DNA of 64,000 bases, from assembly GCF_009914755.1 (NCBI RefSeq), contig NC_060939.1; one strand, written 5' to 3'. Each line of letters begins with the position of its first letter. The first letter of the stretch is position 1. Both the position numbers and the translations under genes were made by a program. Origin of the DNA: the human T2T-CHM13v2.0 reference genome, Homo sapiens. Below the pieces are notes generated by a model. The model was not told where the DNA came from, made no database searches, and worked only from the letters and a program-made list of their open reading frames with translations. Below are positions 40,490 to 53,838 of the stretch, piece by piece.

Positions 40490-40810
40490 CCACTCTTCAT
40501 CTTACCCAAGCACAGCTATGACCATGCCCCTCTCCGGTCAAAAGCCTTCAGAGGCCTTCAGACATCTGCTGGGTGAAATCTGAATGGGCTTCTTGGCATC
40601 AAAGGGCTGCCATACTCTGGTTCTAAGCCATCTTCACTCCTATCACAGATTACAGCCACACCTAGAAACCCACTCTTTCCCATACTTGCCCCTTGCTGCC
40701 AATCCTCAGGACCTTTGCACAACATTTGTTCTGTGTGGAGCACTCCACACTTCCCCATCTCCACCTGTAGAAACTCACTCTTTCCCTGGGGGACCTGGGA
40801 TTCAAGGAGG
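40490..40810 (+). mobile_element. L2 fragment
   Basis: cctctccggtcaaaagccttcagagg..cctcaggacctttgcaca. Confidence 0.6.
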
Positions 40811-41006
40811 ACCATGGCCATGGGGGTCTGACACCACATCTGCCAATGCTCTCCTCTCTAATTTTCTCTCTCCTGTCTCCCTGTGCCCTCATTCCCTCCG
40901 CCACTCCTTTGGCTTCATTTTCCTGGATTCCATGAACACAATTGAATTATAGTCATCAGGTTGGAAGGGACGCGAGAGCTCCATGTTCTCTCACCTCCAC
41001 CTAGAT

Positions 41007-41194
41007 CAGTGATTCTCAAACTTTGGGAGAAATCAAATCAGCTGGATAGCTTGTTGAAACATAGATTGCTGGACCCCACCCTCAGAATTTCTGATTTGAG
41101 CGGCCTAGAGTGGAGTCCAAGAATGTGTATTTCTAACAAGCTATCAGGTAATGCCAATGCTGTTGGTCCAAGGAGCACACTCTAGGAACTGCTG
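41007..41194 (+). mobile_element. MER5A hAT MITE
   Basis: cagtgattctcaaactt..gattgctggaccccaccctcaga..tttctaacaag..gaactgctg; TSD acctagat/acctgggt. Confidence 0.92.
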
Positions 41195-41309
41195 ACCTGG
41201 GTTTGGGCTCAGAAATTAACCTTGTATCTCTGTTTCCCCCGAAACAAAGGGTCCAATGCCAGCACACTTACTCTCTTGGTTTGGTACCCACTGATGGTTG
41301 TTGTGGCTC

Positions 41310-41618
41310 TTTTATCTATCTATTTATTTATTTTTTTTTGACAGAGTCTTGCTTTTCGCCCAGCCTGGAGTGCAGTGGTGCAATCTTGGCTCAGTGCAAC
41401 CTCCGCCTCCTGGGCTCAATTGATCCTCCCATCTCAGCCTGCCATGTAGCTGGAACCACAGGCTGTGTGCCACCATGCCTGCCTAATTTTTGTATTTTTT
41501 GTAGAGACGGGGTTTCTCCATGTTGGCCAGTCTGGTCTCAAACTCCTGACCTCAAGTGATCTGCCCGCCTTGGCCTCCCAAAGTGCTGGGATTACAGGTA
41601 TGAACCACTGCTCCCGGG
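41310..41618 (-). mobile_element. AluJb SINE
   Basis: Full dimer with (TATC/TATT) tail; TSD gttgtggctctt/gatgtggttctt. Confidence 0.93.
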
Positions 41619-42163
41619 TGGATGTGGTTCTTGATAGGAAGGTAGGGCTTCCAGGCACCTGCCACTCAGAGCCCTGGGGAAAGTCTTGGGTTTCATTATT
41701 ACAATAAATTCACTGACAAGAACACAAAATTCTTTGCAGGGAAAATAATCATAGTGATTCATAAAGAAACATACTGTAACAACATCAAGAGTGGTAATAA
41801 TAGTAATAACATGATTGTAATATAATGTCATCTTCCCTAATGTGCTAAATCCAGATTGGTCTGAGCAATATAAAAGAATTACTGACATACACAAATGCTC
41901 AGAAAGTCTAGCTCAGACGTATTTGGGGCTATTTAGGTGATGGCAATGGTGATGATGACTGTAATAACAAACCACATTTGTACACAGCTTTAGTGTTTCT
42001 AAAGCACTTTTTACCAGTTTTATTTTAGCTGCCACTCTGGAAAGTAAGCGAGGTGGGTAAAGCTTCTTTGGTTCATACATGAGGCTCCCATGTGTTCCTC
42101 CTTTCAGGCCTCATTCAACAAACATGTGTTGAGTGCAGGTTAGGTACAGGACAGGGTCTGGGA

Positions 42164-42589
42164 TAGGGTTGTAGACAAAATGCAAATTAAATATAAATTC
42201 AGGGTTGGGTGCAGTCACTCACGTGTATAATCCCAGCATTTTGGGAGGCCAAGGTGGGAGGAGGGTTGGAGTTCAAGATCAGCCTGGGCAACATAGCAAG
42301 ACCCCCATCTCTACAAAGAGAAATTTTATTTTCATTGATTTTTAGTTTTTTCTGGCACTTAGTTCTGCTTCACACAAAGAAATTTTAAAAAATAAATAAA
42401 CTCAATGCAGATTCAAATATCCATTAAAATGAAATTTGAATTTCAGAGAAACAACAAATCATTTTGTAGTATAACCATGTCAGAAATATTGCATGGGACA
42501 TACTTAAACTAAAATTGTCTGTTGTTCTTCTGAAATTCACATTTAAGTGGGTGTGCTGTGTTTTTATTTGCTAAGTGTGTGGTACCCTA
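42164..42589. mobile_element. MER53 palindromic hAT MITE interrupted by FLAM
   Basis: tagggttg..aaatttgaatttcagagaaacaac..atattgcatgggacatactta..tctgaaattca..tttttatttgctaa..accct(a). Confidence 0.85.
42203..42400 (+). mobile_element. FLAM monomer with a secondary micro-insertion in its tail
   Basis: taatcccagcattttgggaggccaagg..cagcctgggcaacatagcaagacccc; TSD ataaattca/ataaactca. Confidence 0.85.
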
Positions 42590-42713
42590 CTGGGGAAGGA
42601 AGGAGGGGATAAAAAGAATAAGAAATGTTTCTTGCCCTCAGAACAATCTCACAGTCTGGTTGGACATCACAGAGCTCAAATGATTCCAACCCATGTAGTC
42701 AGTGGTCTGGTAG

Positions 42714-42877
42714 CAGCGTTTCTCAACACGATGCGCACAGGTGGCACCTGGGGATCTTGTGAAACTGCATACTCTGATTCCGCAGGTCTGGGGTGGAGCC
42801 TGAGAGTCTGCATTTCCTACAAGTACCCAGGTGGGGTTGACGATGCTAGTCCCTGACCACACTCTGAATAGGGACAG
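42714..42877 (+). mobile_element. MER5A1-like MITE
   Basis: cagcgtttctcaa..cacctggggatcttgtgaaactgca.actctgattc..caggtctggggtggagcctgagagtctgcattt. Confidence 0.85.
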
Positions 42878-43819
42878 TGTAGCAAGGAGCAAAGAGGCTG
42901 TGGGGGCTTAGAGGAGTTGCTCAGCCCACCTTTGGGGGTCAGGGAAAAGCTTCTTGGAGAAGGTGATAGGTAACTGGTGGGTCTTGGCTGGTAAACACTT
43001 GGGGAGGGAGGTGGAGAAAGTGTCCCAGGAGGAGGAAGCACGATTTTTGGAGTCTCAGAGGTGTGAGAAACTACTGCAAATCTGGGAAGGGTGTGGGTGA
43101 GTGTGGATGGAGGCTAGATTTGGGGTTGCAAGCAGTGCTGGAGTCTGGGCATCAGAAATTCATCAGACAGATGGGGTCCTTGTCATCACAGACCCCACCA
43201 AGCCCATCAAGTGGCAGAGCCAGGGCCATGGATAGACCAGCACCATCCAGTGTGGCCGGGGATGAATTGGAACCAATCACTGGAGTGGGGGAGCCCAGGG
43301 AGGGAGCCATGTACTCTGCCTGGGAGTTGGAGAAGGTGTCCTCCTGCGCAGCAGGGTATTTGGGGACAGGGTCTTGGAGGTGAAAGGGACTTTTTTTTTT
43401 TTCAAGGGCTGAGAGGAAGAGAGGTGAATGTCTTACAAGAGGGGCCAAAATGGAGATGAAAAAGTTTGCTATGTTTCGGAAGAGTGGCTTCCTTGAGGAC
43501 AGCAACCATGTCGAGTCCTTCTTCTCTGGATTCCCGGTGCTCAGCATGAGGCTTTGTCAGCATGGGGCAGAAGGCTAGATCAGCTGGCAAGGTAGCCCAG
43601 AGCCTCTACTCCAAGCCCTCGTTCATTTTGCTTTATCTCTCCACACCATGGTCAGAACATCAGTGGCGGAGGAACTTGTCATACTGGCAGACTTGGATTC
43701 ACGGCTGGGGTTCTGGAATCTGTAGTAGTTAAACGGTCTTGGAGTACTTCAGAGTTAGCAGAGCTGGGGTAGTCACTCTCATAAGGCTTGTTCTCATCTT
43801 CTTAGGGTTTATCACAGCA

Positions 43820-44666
43820 CGCAGGACAGATTGCTAGTGTTCTTCTGCGTCCGTTCTCTCCCTCTTCCTTGGCTAAATAGATTGCCTGCATTATAGATGG
43901 GTACGTGGCATCTCAGAACAAAATCTACATTTCCTAGCTTCCCTCGGTGTGGTCATGGAACCAGGTTCTGGCCAGTAGGGTGTGGTAGGTGTCACTTGAG
44001 AATCAGTCTGGGTGTAGCACAGGAAGAAAATACTATTCTAGGTATTCCAGACAGAAAGAGATTTAATAGAGGGATCTGGTTGCTTACAAATTCCTTGGCA
44101 GGACTGGAAGCATGAAGGTTGTGGGATGTTGTTAGCGTTTCCAGTCACATCACAGGAGCTACAAACCAGAGGTCAGGAAGCTCCGGGAAACTGCTGCCAA
44201 TGTCATAGCCACCCCCAGCTGCAATGAGGCCAGACAGTGGACTGGAGGATCCCAGGGGCCAGAGGCTGCAGGCCAGGTGCTTCTGCCGCCTAAGGCAGAA
44301 CAGCTTCAGCCATCTTTCTCCCTTGCAAATAGCATGTGAGTAAAGCTCATTGGCTGGAACTAGTGACATCCAGAATCCTGGTGGCAGGAGTCTGACAAAC
44401 ACAGTACTGAGGCTTCCAGGCTCTGTAATACAGTGAAAGCATAGCAGGCGGGGAGGGGGAGCAGGCTGAATGCTACCTGGTGATATTCACTATCACTCCT
44501 TCTTGCCAGCGGGGATAGGATGCAGTGGCAAGGACAACTTCCTAGGATGGCAGAGAATCATGGTAGCAGTCACAGAAATGCCACCCAGGCTGGACCTTTG
44601 CATAGATAAGAAATAAACTTCTACCTTGTTGAAGTCACCGAGCAGCTGAGCCCATGTCCTGTCACA
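43820..44666 (+). mobile_element. MLT1J-like LTR split by a nested LTR
   Basis: 5' part ctacatttcctagcttccct..ggttctggccagtagg; 3' part ctaggatggcagag..agaaataaacttctaccttgtt. Confidence 0.65.
43997..44492 (-). mobile_element. ERVL LTR (LTR33-like) nested in MLT1J
   Basis: ttctaggtattccagacagaaagagatttaatagagggatctggtt; perfect 5-bp TSD tcact (43992-43996/44493-44497). Confidence 0.7.
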
Positions 44667-45672
44667 CCGCTATTAAGTGTAAAATGAGGTCTGAGAAGTG
44701 TTAATACTCTAGCGTGCATCGTGTTGATGTTACTGTAGTTTCAATTGAACCTGCCCATCAGGAGTGCAGCAATAAAAACTCATTGGCAGACAAAGCAATA
44801 TTCAGGGCTGTGTGTAGCTGTTGCCAAATGAGAGCCATTGAGTCTATGCTGAGGGAAGCTGGAGAGAGCTCAGAGGATACAGGGGTGTTGGAAGCCTTCC
44901 TGGAGGAGGCATTGCTGGAGATGGAGAGGAGAAAAGCTCTCCAGTGGAGGCCATTTTTCTCTTCTCTCTCCAGAGCTGTATCAGCCAGGGAGCTGCCCCA
45001 CCCTGCCTCCAACCTTGGCCTCTCCTGGTCAAGGCTGTGAAAGGCCAGGAGGAGGGTGGCAGGGTGCCTGCGGTTAACCCCGGGAGCAGACTCTTAAGCT
45101 GGGGCAGGATAGAGACCAGAAGGATGGCCTGGGAGATGGGGAGGAAAGGAGAGGTTCAGCATTGCTCCAGAGGGAGAGGCCCGTGACTCTGAGACAGTTC
45201 TCAGCTGTATCTACAAGACTCTGAGGACAAAGATGGGGACAGACACATTCAAGGAATGGCCTCAAGGTCATGAAGTGGTGCCTGATTCTGCCTTGCCCCC
45301 TGTCTCGTCTGCCTTGCAGCTCCTCCCCAGGAAGAAACACTATTCACCCTTCATACAGGGGGCCTCAAGTAGGCCTGTGACCTGGGGAACAAGGGCCGTC
45401 CTATGAACCCATGACAGGCACAGGGCTAGGGATGCACCCAACCAGCTATTCTCTCTTCACCCATTTCTGTGAGAAGTAAGTGATTAGGATGTGGGGATAG
45501 ACCCAAACTGGCCAGGGTCAGGGCCGAGTTTCAATTTATGACCAAGGTTTAGACTGTTCAGGATGAGAGAGTGGTCCAGGGAAGGATCAGAGATTAGACA
45601 GCCACAGGGACCAACCTGTGGCCACAGCTTTGTCTGTGCCAGAACCATGGTTCAGTCTAGTACCGGAGTCTG

Positions 45673-45890
45673 TTTTTTTTTTTTTTTTTTTTGAGACAGT
45701 ATTTCACTTTGTCACCCAGGCTGGAGTACAGTAGCATGATCATGACTCACTGCAGCCTCCACTTCCCAAGGTGCAAGCAATCCTCCCTCCTCAGCCTCCT
45801 GAGTAGCTGGGACCACAGGCATGTGCCACCATGCCCAGCTGATTTTTAAAAATTTTTTGTAGTGATGGGTCTCACTATGTGGCCCAGGCT
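45673..45890 (-). mobile_element. 5'-truncated AluJ
   Basis: T20 tail, right arm, ends at ctatgtggcccaggctg. Confidence 0.92.
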
Positions 45891-46739
45891 GAAGGATTCA
45901 CTTTTCATGGGGAAAGAGTGTTTAACACAGTGGATGAATTCAATTTCATTAGTTCCCTTGGTAATAAACCAAAATGAAAGGCTATTATAAGTGTGATTTA
46001 TTCCCTTATATCATAGTTAACCTTCATTTCACTTCCGGGGGCCCTCTTTACTCTTCCCCAAAACTTGTGGTTTAGACCTTCTGACACTTTGGTAGAAGAG
46101 GATATACAGACACAGAGGAGGAAAACGAGCTGCCTGAATTCTCATGCAACTTCAGAAAGGGCTAGAGCCAGGCGAGAAGCCAGTTGAGCAGGTGCCCAGC
46201 ACAGGGCAGCCTGGTGGACTCACAGCTTCCTGCAGTGTTTTGGAGACAAGCCCCAGGTCACCCTGAAACCCATGGGCAGGCAGTGGACAGGCAGGCCGAC
46301 AGCCGGCTGGAGGAGTTGGCAGCAGGGAAGTCCCGGATCAGAGCCTTGGGCCACAGCCAACGCTGTCTAGTTGGGGCAGAGGATCGGGGTGGCGATTTAT
46401 TCAGCCTGCTCTACAGACAGCCCCAGGGCAGGAGCCAGCAATTTTCCAGTCCTGAGTGATGGAGCCGGGAACCACTGAGTGGCCTGGAAGGGCAGGGACC
46501 CCCCCAGGTCCTCGTGGGCATGCTCAGCTGCTGAAGGAAATATGAAGTGATGGTAAGTGACAAAATTGAAAATGTAATTAAGACAGATGGAACTAACTGG
46601 CGGGGATGATAAAAGCCATTCCCCAGGCTCTGGGATTTAAAGTGAGGTCACAGGATGACCCTGTCCTGGCCACACATCTGGCAAAGAGGAGGCGAGGGAA
46701 TGAGCTTGAGGACAGGAGCCAAGCTCTGTGGAGGACACT

Positions 46740-46900
46740 GAGCAAACTGGGCTTTTGCCGCACTGAAAGAGCTAGGTCAGATACAGGATGAACTTCCTGG
46801 AGAGGAGGGTGGTTAAACATTGGCATAAGTGAGACATCTTCTCCTTTTCCCAAGGACATATATATCCCTCCTGCGCAGACTTGGACACAGGAACCTGGGC
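46740..46900 (+). mobile_element. L3/CR1 fragment
   Basis: ggtcagatacaggatgaacttcctggagaggagggtggttaaacattgg. Confidence 0.55.
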
Positions 46901-47574
46901 AACCTGACCTTGCCAAGATCTGTGGGAATGTGAAATAGCTCCATTACCAAATGAGAAGGCTGCACAGGTGGAGGTGGGTGGCATTTGGGAAGAGAACAAA
47001 GGGAAGTGGGCTCAATGTGTAGCAAGCCCCAGACAGCTTCCTGCTGGCCAGAGCTGGGAGAGTAGGAGTCAGCCAGGCACCATGCAGGTGGGTATCACAG
47101 AGGCAGCAGCACTGAAGGAGAAGAAAGTGTCCCTTCGAGACCTCCTCACGAAGAGTTGCACCAGGAGTGAGGGGGCATGGTGGCCACTCCCTGAATCCAC
47201 AGAAGCAGCAGCCAGGCAGCCTGACCCCAGGTTCTGCAAGGCCCTGATGGAGGGAAACCAAGGGCCCACAGGAGAGCCTGTGTAGACCCTCACAGGGGGT
47301 AGGATGGCTGGGATCTGTGGCAAGATTCATGCAAGAATCAGGGAGCTCAGCACCGACATCCGGGGCAGCCTTGCTTTGCCAACCACAATGGAGAGAGCCA
47401 GTTTAGCTTCACCATGATGGATTGCACTGGCCAGCTTTATCAGCCCCCATTCTTTCAATATCCTGTGCCAGTTCCCCATGACAGGCAATGGGTGGGCCAA
47501 GAAAGTGGCTTCTTTATATTCAGCGAGCTCCCAGATTGGCGGGAAAGAAGAAACTCAGGCTCCCATTCAAGGCG

Positions 47575-48000
47575 GTCATTCACTCCCCATTTGTTAAGCA
47601 CCTGCTCTGTGCTAAACAATAGCAGGGCAGAGGCTCACTGTGATGCTTAAAGCAATACTTTAAGAAGTTTACAGTTTTTGTATGAATTAAAATATACGAA
47701 GCAGTCAGATATGAAGGAAATACTTAGGTATTCATTCAAGATGATGTGTGGCTCACATGGTAAGGGCATAGGAGCTGAGGGAAGGAAGAATTTGGTGCAG
47801 GCTGGAGAAGTCAGTGCAGGATTCTTAGAGGAGGCAGAGTTTGAGCCTAGCCTTTGCAGGATGAAGAAGAGTAGCTTAAAAGATTAAAGAGGAGCATGCA
47901 TCTTGGGTGGGTTTAATGCACAAGTAAATATGTAGAGGTGAGAAAGAGTATTCAGGAAGAATTTTCTGAACTTTAGGATAGAACTAAGGTTGGGCTGGAA
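47575..48000 (-). mobile_element. L2 fragment
   Basis: catttgttaagcacctgctctgtgcta..gaagtcagtgcaggattcttagaggaggcagagtttgagc. Confidence 0.65.
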
Positions 48001-49576
48001 AATAGATCCTTGGGTGATCCCAGCAGATCCAAGGCCACTCTGGGGTCAAACATTTCTCTATGAGAAGAGCTTGTGCCCGGGGATGACTTACTGTCCCCAA
48101 GTGGACAGAACCATCAGCAGGAGGTCAGTCCCAGATCTGAATGGCCAAGGGCTTAGGCTTCCCCCGACTCTTGGGTCTGTGGAACAGCTGTCCTAAACCC
48201 CACCTCCCCAAGCCACAGAAAATGAAGCCAGATTGGAATAAAGGATGCCCTTCTGCTATGCTGATGGCGAGGGATCAATGTCATTCTGCACCCTTCCCCC
48301 ACCACGGCCAAGAGGTGGCAAGACGCGTGCAATGGGCAAGGAGACCTGTGCTCCATGTACTGTCCTTCCACCAGGAGCTGGACCACGGGCTCCTCTGGCT
48401 CTGAGGCTGATCGTGTGGTCCTTCCTTGCCATGGAAAAAGCAATGGAGACAGGTTGGTCTTGCCATCTGCGGACCATCTTTCATTATAGGACATGTCTTT
48501 GTTATGGATCCTGAGCATAGAACAGGCCAGCATTATCTGAGAGATGGGAGAGATGCTCCGTCACTTCAAGCACACTATCCATCCATCTGTCATGGGCCCA
48601 GCATTTATGCCTGCAGCCAGGACACTGGAATAGCACATCAGGATTTATGGGGGGCATTAAGTCATAATTTATGTCACTTTCTCTCCCTTTTCAAGACAGT
48701 CTTTCTGAAACATCTCTGTCTCCCTGGCTCACCATTCCTAATGACCCAAGATGTGTGTTTCTTCCCGCCTACCTGCAGCCTGCTTTTGGGGGTGCTTTCT
48801 CTGTTACCTCCCCAATCCCATGGGTCAGCCTCTTGCTCTTAGCAAGTCCCTGCCCCTGACCTGGGAGAAAGGATCTCCAGAAGTGTAAACTAGCTGATAA
48901 GGAGGAGACAGGCCCCTATCCTGGTTTGCTGTTGGATCCCCTGAGGATATGGGAGTTCCAGAGGCGCCCCAAATCCCTCACCCGTGATGGCTGTAGGGGA
49001 GCAAACAGCTATTCCAAGTCCCAGGTGTGTAGCCATGGAGAAATCACTTTCTTCACTCGGGTCTTTCACCTTCTCCTCCACAAACAAAGGGGCTCACAGA
49101 TGACCTGTACAACTTCTCCCCCCTCTAAAATGGAGGAACCACATGTCCTAGACACCTTCGCTCATTCAGAGCTAAGCCTGGCAAAGGGCAGGCATTCTAC
49201 TGTTCCAGAGACAAGTCAGAGCCAACTACGGAGGCTGGGCTGTGAAGTGAATGCTCCTAGTCACCCTCACGCTGGAGGGATCCCAGTGGGAGCTGTTCCT
49301 TTGCAGGGGGTGCTGGGGTGCCACTGCTGGCTTTACCTCCCACCTTTTCCTCGGCTCTCTTATTTCATTCCTTTCCCTTCCTTCCTCCTTTCCTCATCCT
49401 CTCTTTCCCCTCTCTCTTCTTTCTCATCTGACTTATGTCTGCCTGGAACTTTGCCACCCTGCTTTACCACCAACTGCTTACTTCAAACCACATTTTGCCG
49501 GACCAGAAATAGTGCCAGCATTGACCCCGACCTGAGCCAAGATTTGAATCGAAAGCCCCAGTCCTTGAACTCTGAC

Positions 49577-49956
49577 TGTTATCGGCTGATTTGTGTCCTC
49601 TCAAATTCACATGTGAAGCCCTAACCCCCGGTACCTCGAATGTGACTGTATTCGGAGATAGGATCTTTAAAGAGGTCATTAACGTGGACTGAGGCTATTA
49701 GGGTCGGCCTTAATCTAGTCTGACTGGTGTCCTTATAAGAGGAAATTTGGACTCTCAGAGACACAACAGGGCTGAGCACCCACAGAGAAAAGGCCCTGAA
49801 AAGAGGCAGCAAGAGGGCGGCCATCTGTGAGCCAAGGAGAGAGACAGAGGAAACCACCCCTGCCGTCGCTTTGATCTCAGATTTCAGCCTCCATTTCAGT
49901 TGTTTGAGGCCCCAGTGTGTGGTACTTTGTTATGGCAGCCCAGGCAAACTCATCCA
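49577..49956 (+). mobile_element. MLT1A-type MaLR solo LTR
   Basis: tgttat..aaattcacatgtgaagccctaaccccc..gactggtgtccttataagaggaaatttgg..ctttgttatggcagccc; TSD ctgac/ttgac. Confidence 0.92.
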
Positions 49957-50293
49957 TTGACACTGAATGACCCTGGTATCTGTCTCAGTAAGATATCCCT
50001 TTGGGCAGGCAGCAATGGTGGAGAATCATTCTTGATCCGGAGCATTGAACATTGAATGTTCTCAGAAACTGAAGCACTTTCACTCCGATTTCCTCAGTCT
50101 GCTTGGCACTATTCTGAGGTTGTAGCTGGTTCTGTCCGAAGCCATGAGCTGCAGGGGCCCTTTCAGAGGCAGTGGTCATGTGATAAAATCGTATGATGTA
50201 TGTCTCGACATAGGAAAAAACTGTGTGGCTCCAAACACTGGTGTTAATAAAACAGTTTACATGGTTGTGACCAAGTAGAGACTCTTTTGATCA

Positions 50294-50358
50294 GATATAT
50301 ACATCATATATATATATATATGTGTGTGTATAATATATATTATATACTTACACATATT
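50294..50358. repeat. (TA)n/(TG)n simple repeat
   Basis: Direct reading. Confidence 0.85.
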
Positions 50359-50530
50359 AGAATTTTTAAAAATTTTTAAAAATCTGAAATATATTCACAT
50401 GGTTCAAAAGTAAAAAGCATAAAAGGTATATAGTGAAAAGTTTTCTTTCACTCCTGGCTAAGATTCACCCAGTTCCCACCACCCTCTGACAGAAACTCCT
50501 ATTAATCTCTTGTGAAGCCTTCTAGAGATT

Positions 50531-51149
<619 letters not shown>

Positions 51150-51840
51150 TAGAGTTTCTGTATAACTGTATAAGCAAAACCAAATATTTCTTCATACTTC
51201 CCCCTATTTTTCACAAAAGTTAGTATCCTATACACACTATTTTGCTCCTTTCTTTTTTCACCTAATGAAATATCCTGAAGACTTGTTTATTTCTTAATAA
51301 GCTCCCTCATTCATTGTTCACAGCTGCGTAGTATTCCATTGGAGGATTTACCTACAATTCAAAATCCTCCTACCTCCTGTTGCAGAAATGCATAACATAG
51401 GAAGTTAGACTCACTCAAGTACCATTGTCCAGAGGAAGCCACTGGTAACAAGATGATGCATTTTTATCTGACTTTTTAGGAATAGTCATTATGGTTTTTC
51501 ACAGAAAATTTAAAGTAACAGTTTCTAATTCCTCGTAACTTTTTAATGATGAGGTTTAAAAATTTTTCTTATTTAAGGCTCAGGATGCATTTTAAATTTA
51601 TAATTTATTTCTATATTTAATCCTGTCATCAATCATTTATTCTTATAATGGTTTTCAAGTACTATGTGTAGAGGTTTAATATTATCACTTCTATATTTAT
51701 TTTAACACATATAATTAAACATATAATTAAATGTATATTATATGTAAAAAAATCTTCCTGCATCCAAATACATTTTGAGGTTAAGGAGAGCATATCTTCA
51801 CTAGAGGATGTCTGAGATAAATGATCAGTATGACTCATTG

Positions 51841-52012
51841 CAGGGGATCTCAGACTTCGGCTTGCATAAGAATTGACTAGGGATGCATAAGACACCCCCC
51901 AGCCCCACCACAGGATTCTGACCTCAGTAGCTCTGAGATCAGACCAGTCAGCTGCACTGGAGCAAGTTGATTCTGTTGCAGGCATCTACAGCCCTCTCTC
52001 TGAGGAGCCCTG
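51841..52012 (+). mobile_element. MER5-family MITE relic
   Basis: caggggatctcagactt..gcataagaat..ggattctgacctcagtag..tgaggagccctg. Confidence 0.55.
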
Positions 52013-53165
52013 GTCAATGGGAAAGGAAGTTAAACTACATCCTGCACTGAAAATATTAAGGTTGTTGCAATTAATCATTAAACTTAGCTCTCAGGTTTCT
52101 GGCAGCTCAGACCAAAGTAGAACCAAAAGGATGTAGTGTTCTTCTCCCTGCCAGAACAAAAGGCCAGTTCTTCAGGAGACATAAATGTTTTCCTGACATT
52201 AAATTCTAAGCAGCATTTATCATGGGGGTCATTATTTGAGATACCCTAAGCTACACAATGGGCAGCATCTTCCTCAACAGCCCCATGGAAAACATAGACA
52301 CAGTCGCCACTGTTCCTCTGCAGAAGTCATGGCCCATCCCTAAACCCAGCTCAGGACAAAATTCTGCAGGAAGCTCAGCCAATGTGAGCCAGAGGCATTG
52401 AGAAGACTCAGGCTACCTCAGAGTAAAAGTATAGGCCTCTTGTGACACCGTCAGGAAATCTGAATGGGGATGCTCAATGTGACCGAGAGAACACCAAGGC
52501 ACACCCCATACCTATGGCTTCTGAACTCAAGGGAAGACAGGGTCTCTGTCCCTGACCATGCCCAGTGTGAAGAAGGAGGCCTCTCACCTTACCTTAAGAA
52601 GCTCCTGGAACAATGTGGCAGGAGGAAAAGGAGGATAGACAGCTGTTTCCCCATTCTCCCACCTAAAGCTTTGAGTATTTTCTGAACCTTCAGCAATTGG
52701 GGCCACTCTCTCATTAAGCATACAGTTCAGGAACTGGAACACGGTAAATATTCATGAAGAGAGAGGGGCAGTAACCAGTGTGTTCCCCATCCTGCTGTTC
52801 CTAGGATATCTTGAAAACCTCTAGTGTTCTATGGATTCCAAGGGACAGGTGGAAGTATATATGCCTAATATCCTAAACAAGGTCCTCAACCCCAGCCACT
52901 GTGTGCTTAAACTTAGGCAAGCCAAGACATTGTAAAGCCCGTTCTTCCTCTCTCTCTTAGGCTCTCCCTCATTCCAAACTGGAGAATGACCTTGGACTCC
53001 TGATTGCCAACAGTATGTTCAGGAAGCTATGTCACTGAGGCTAGAGCTAAGTTGGGATAGATGACTGCATGCCTCTGGGGTGCATTCAGCTGATGAAATG
53101 AGGCCTGTGAGCCAGGACAGATGCAAGAAATTATTGTTCCTCTAAGATGGATGAGACCTTGGCAA

Positions 53166-53838
53166 TGATGGTGGAGACTGCTGGTTATACACCAAAATCC
53201 ATCCTCCCCTTCTTCCATAATGATAGAGTTGTAGCTAGCCACGTGGCTGCTCAGCTAGGGACTATGCTTCCCAGCCCCCCTTGCAACTAAGTATGGTCAT
53301 GGGACCAGGTTCTCAACAACAGAGTGAGCACATTATATGCCATTTCCAGGCCTGCCTCACAAAACCTTGGGAATGTGTTCTACTGTGCTCGCTTCCCATG
53401 AGTCCAAACTCAGATAGGCCTGGGCCCCAGCTGCAACCAAGCAGATAAGTGCAATGCCCTAGAGCAGTGGTTCTTCATCTTTAATGTGCATCAGAATCGC
53501 CTGGAGAAATTCTTAGCTCATGGATGGCTGGGCCCCAGCCCAAGAATCTCTGATTCAATATCTCTGTGGGTGAGAGCTAAGAATTTCCATTTCTAGTGTG
53601 CTCCAAGGTGATGCTGATGCTGTCGGTCCAGGGACCACACTTTGAGTAGCAAGTCCCTGAGTTACAACAGAGGGATGAGATGAAAATCACCTCCATCCCT
53701 GAATGACCACATGGAGCACAGCCTTTGTACACCCAGAATGTTCATCTTGGATTGATGTATCAGACTGTCTTTTTTAAAGCAACTGAGTTCTTGCTGGGTC
53801 TCTATGGTTCAGAGCTCAACTTCACACTAATGAATACA
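53166..53838 (+). mobile_element. MLT1J/I-like MaLR LTR interrupted by MER5A
   Basis: ccaaaatccatcctccccttcttcc..ccatttccaggcctg..ccctgaatgaccacatggagc..taatgaataca. Confidence 0.75.
53465..53653 (+). mobile_element. MER5A MITE
   Basis: cagtggttct..tgcatcagaatcgcctggag..ggtgatgctgatgctg..gggaccacactttgag. Confidence 0.9.

Larger units (their letters stand above)
42110..43150 (-). mobile_element. L2 host element broken by MER53 and MER5A1
   Basis: tcattcaacaaacatgtgttgagtgc, cttgccctcagaacaatctcacagtctgg, gggtcagggaaaagcttcttggagaaggtga. Confidence 0.7.

Noticed and set aside
47536-47546. E2F consensus TTGGCGGGAAA with overlapping CCAAT
   Set aside because: Isolated, outside a CpG island or promoter context
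48926-49624. Longest ORF (232 aa)
   Set aside because: Non-ATG start, low-complexity S/P/F run from a CT-rich tract, runs into an MLT1A LTR, no recognisable domain
49987-50270. Possible plus-strand last exon with AATAAA at 50246
   Set aside because: Weak acceptor, no open frame; single hexamers are common
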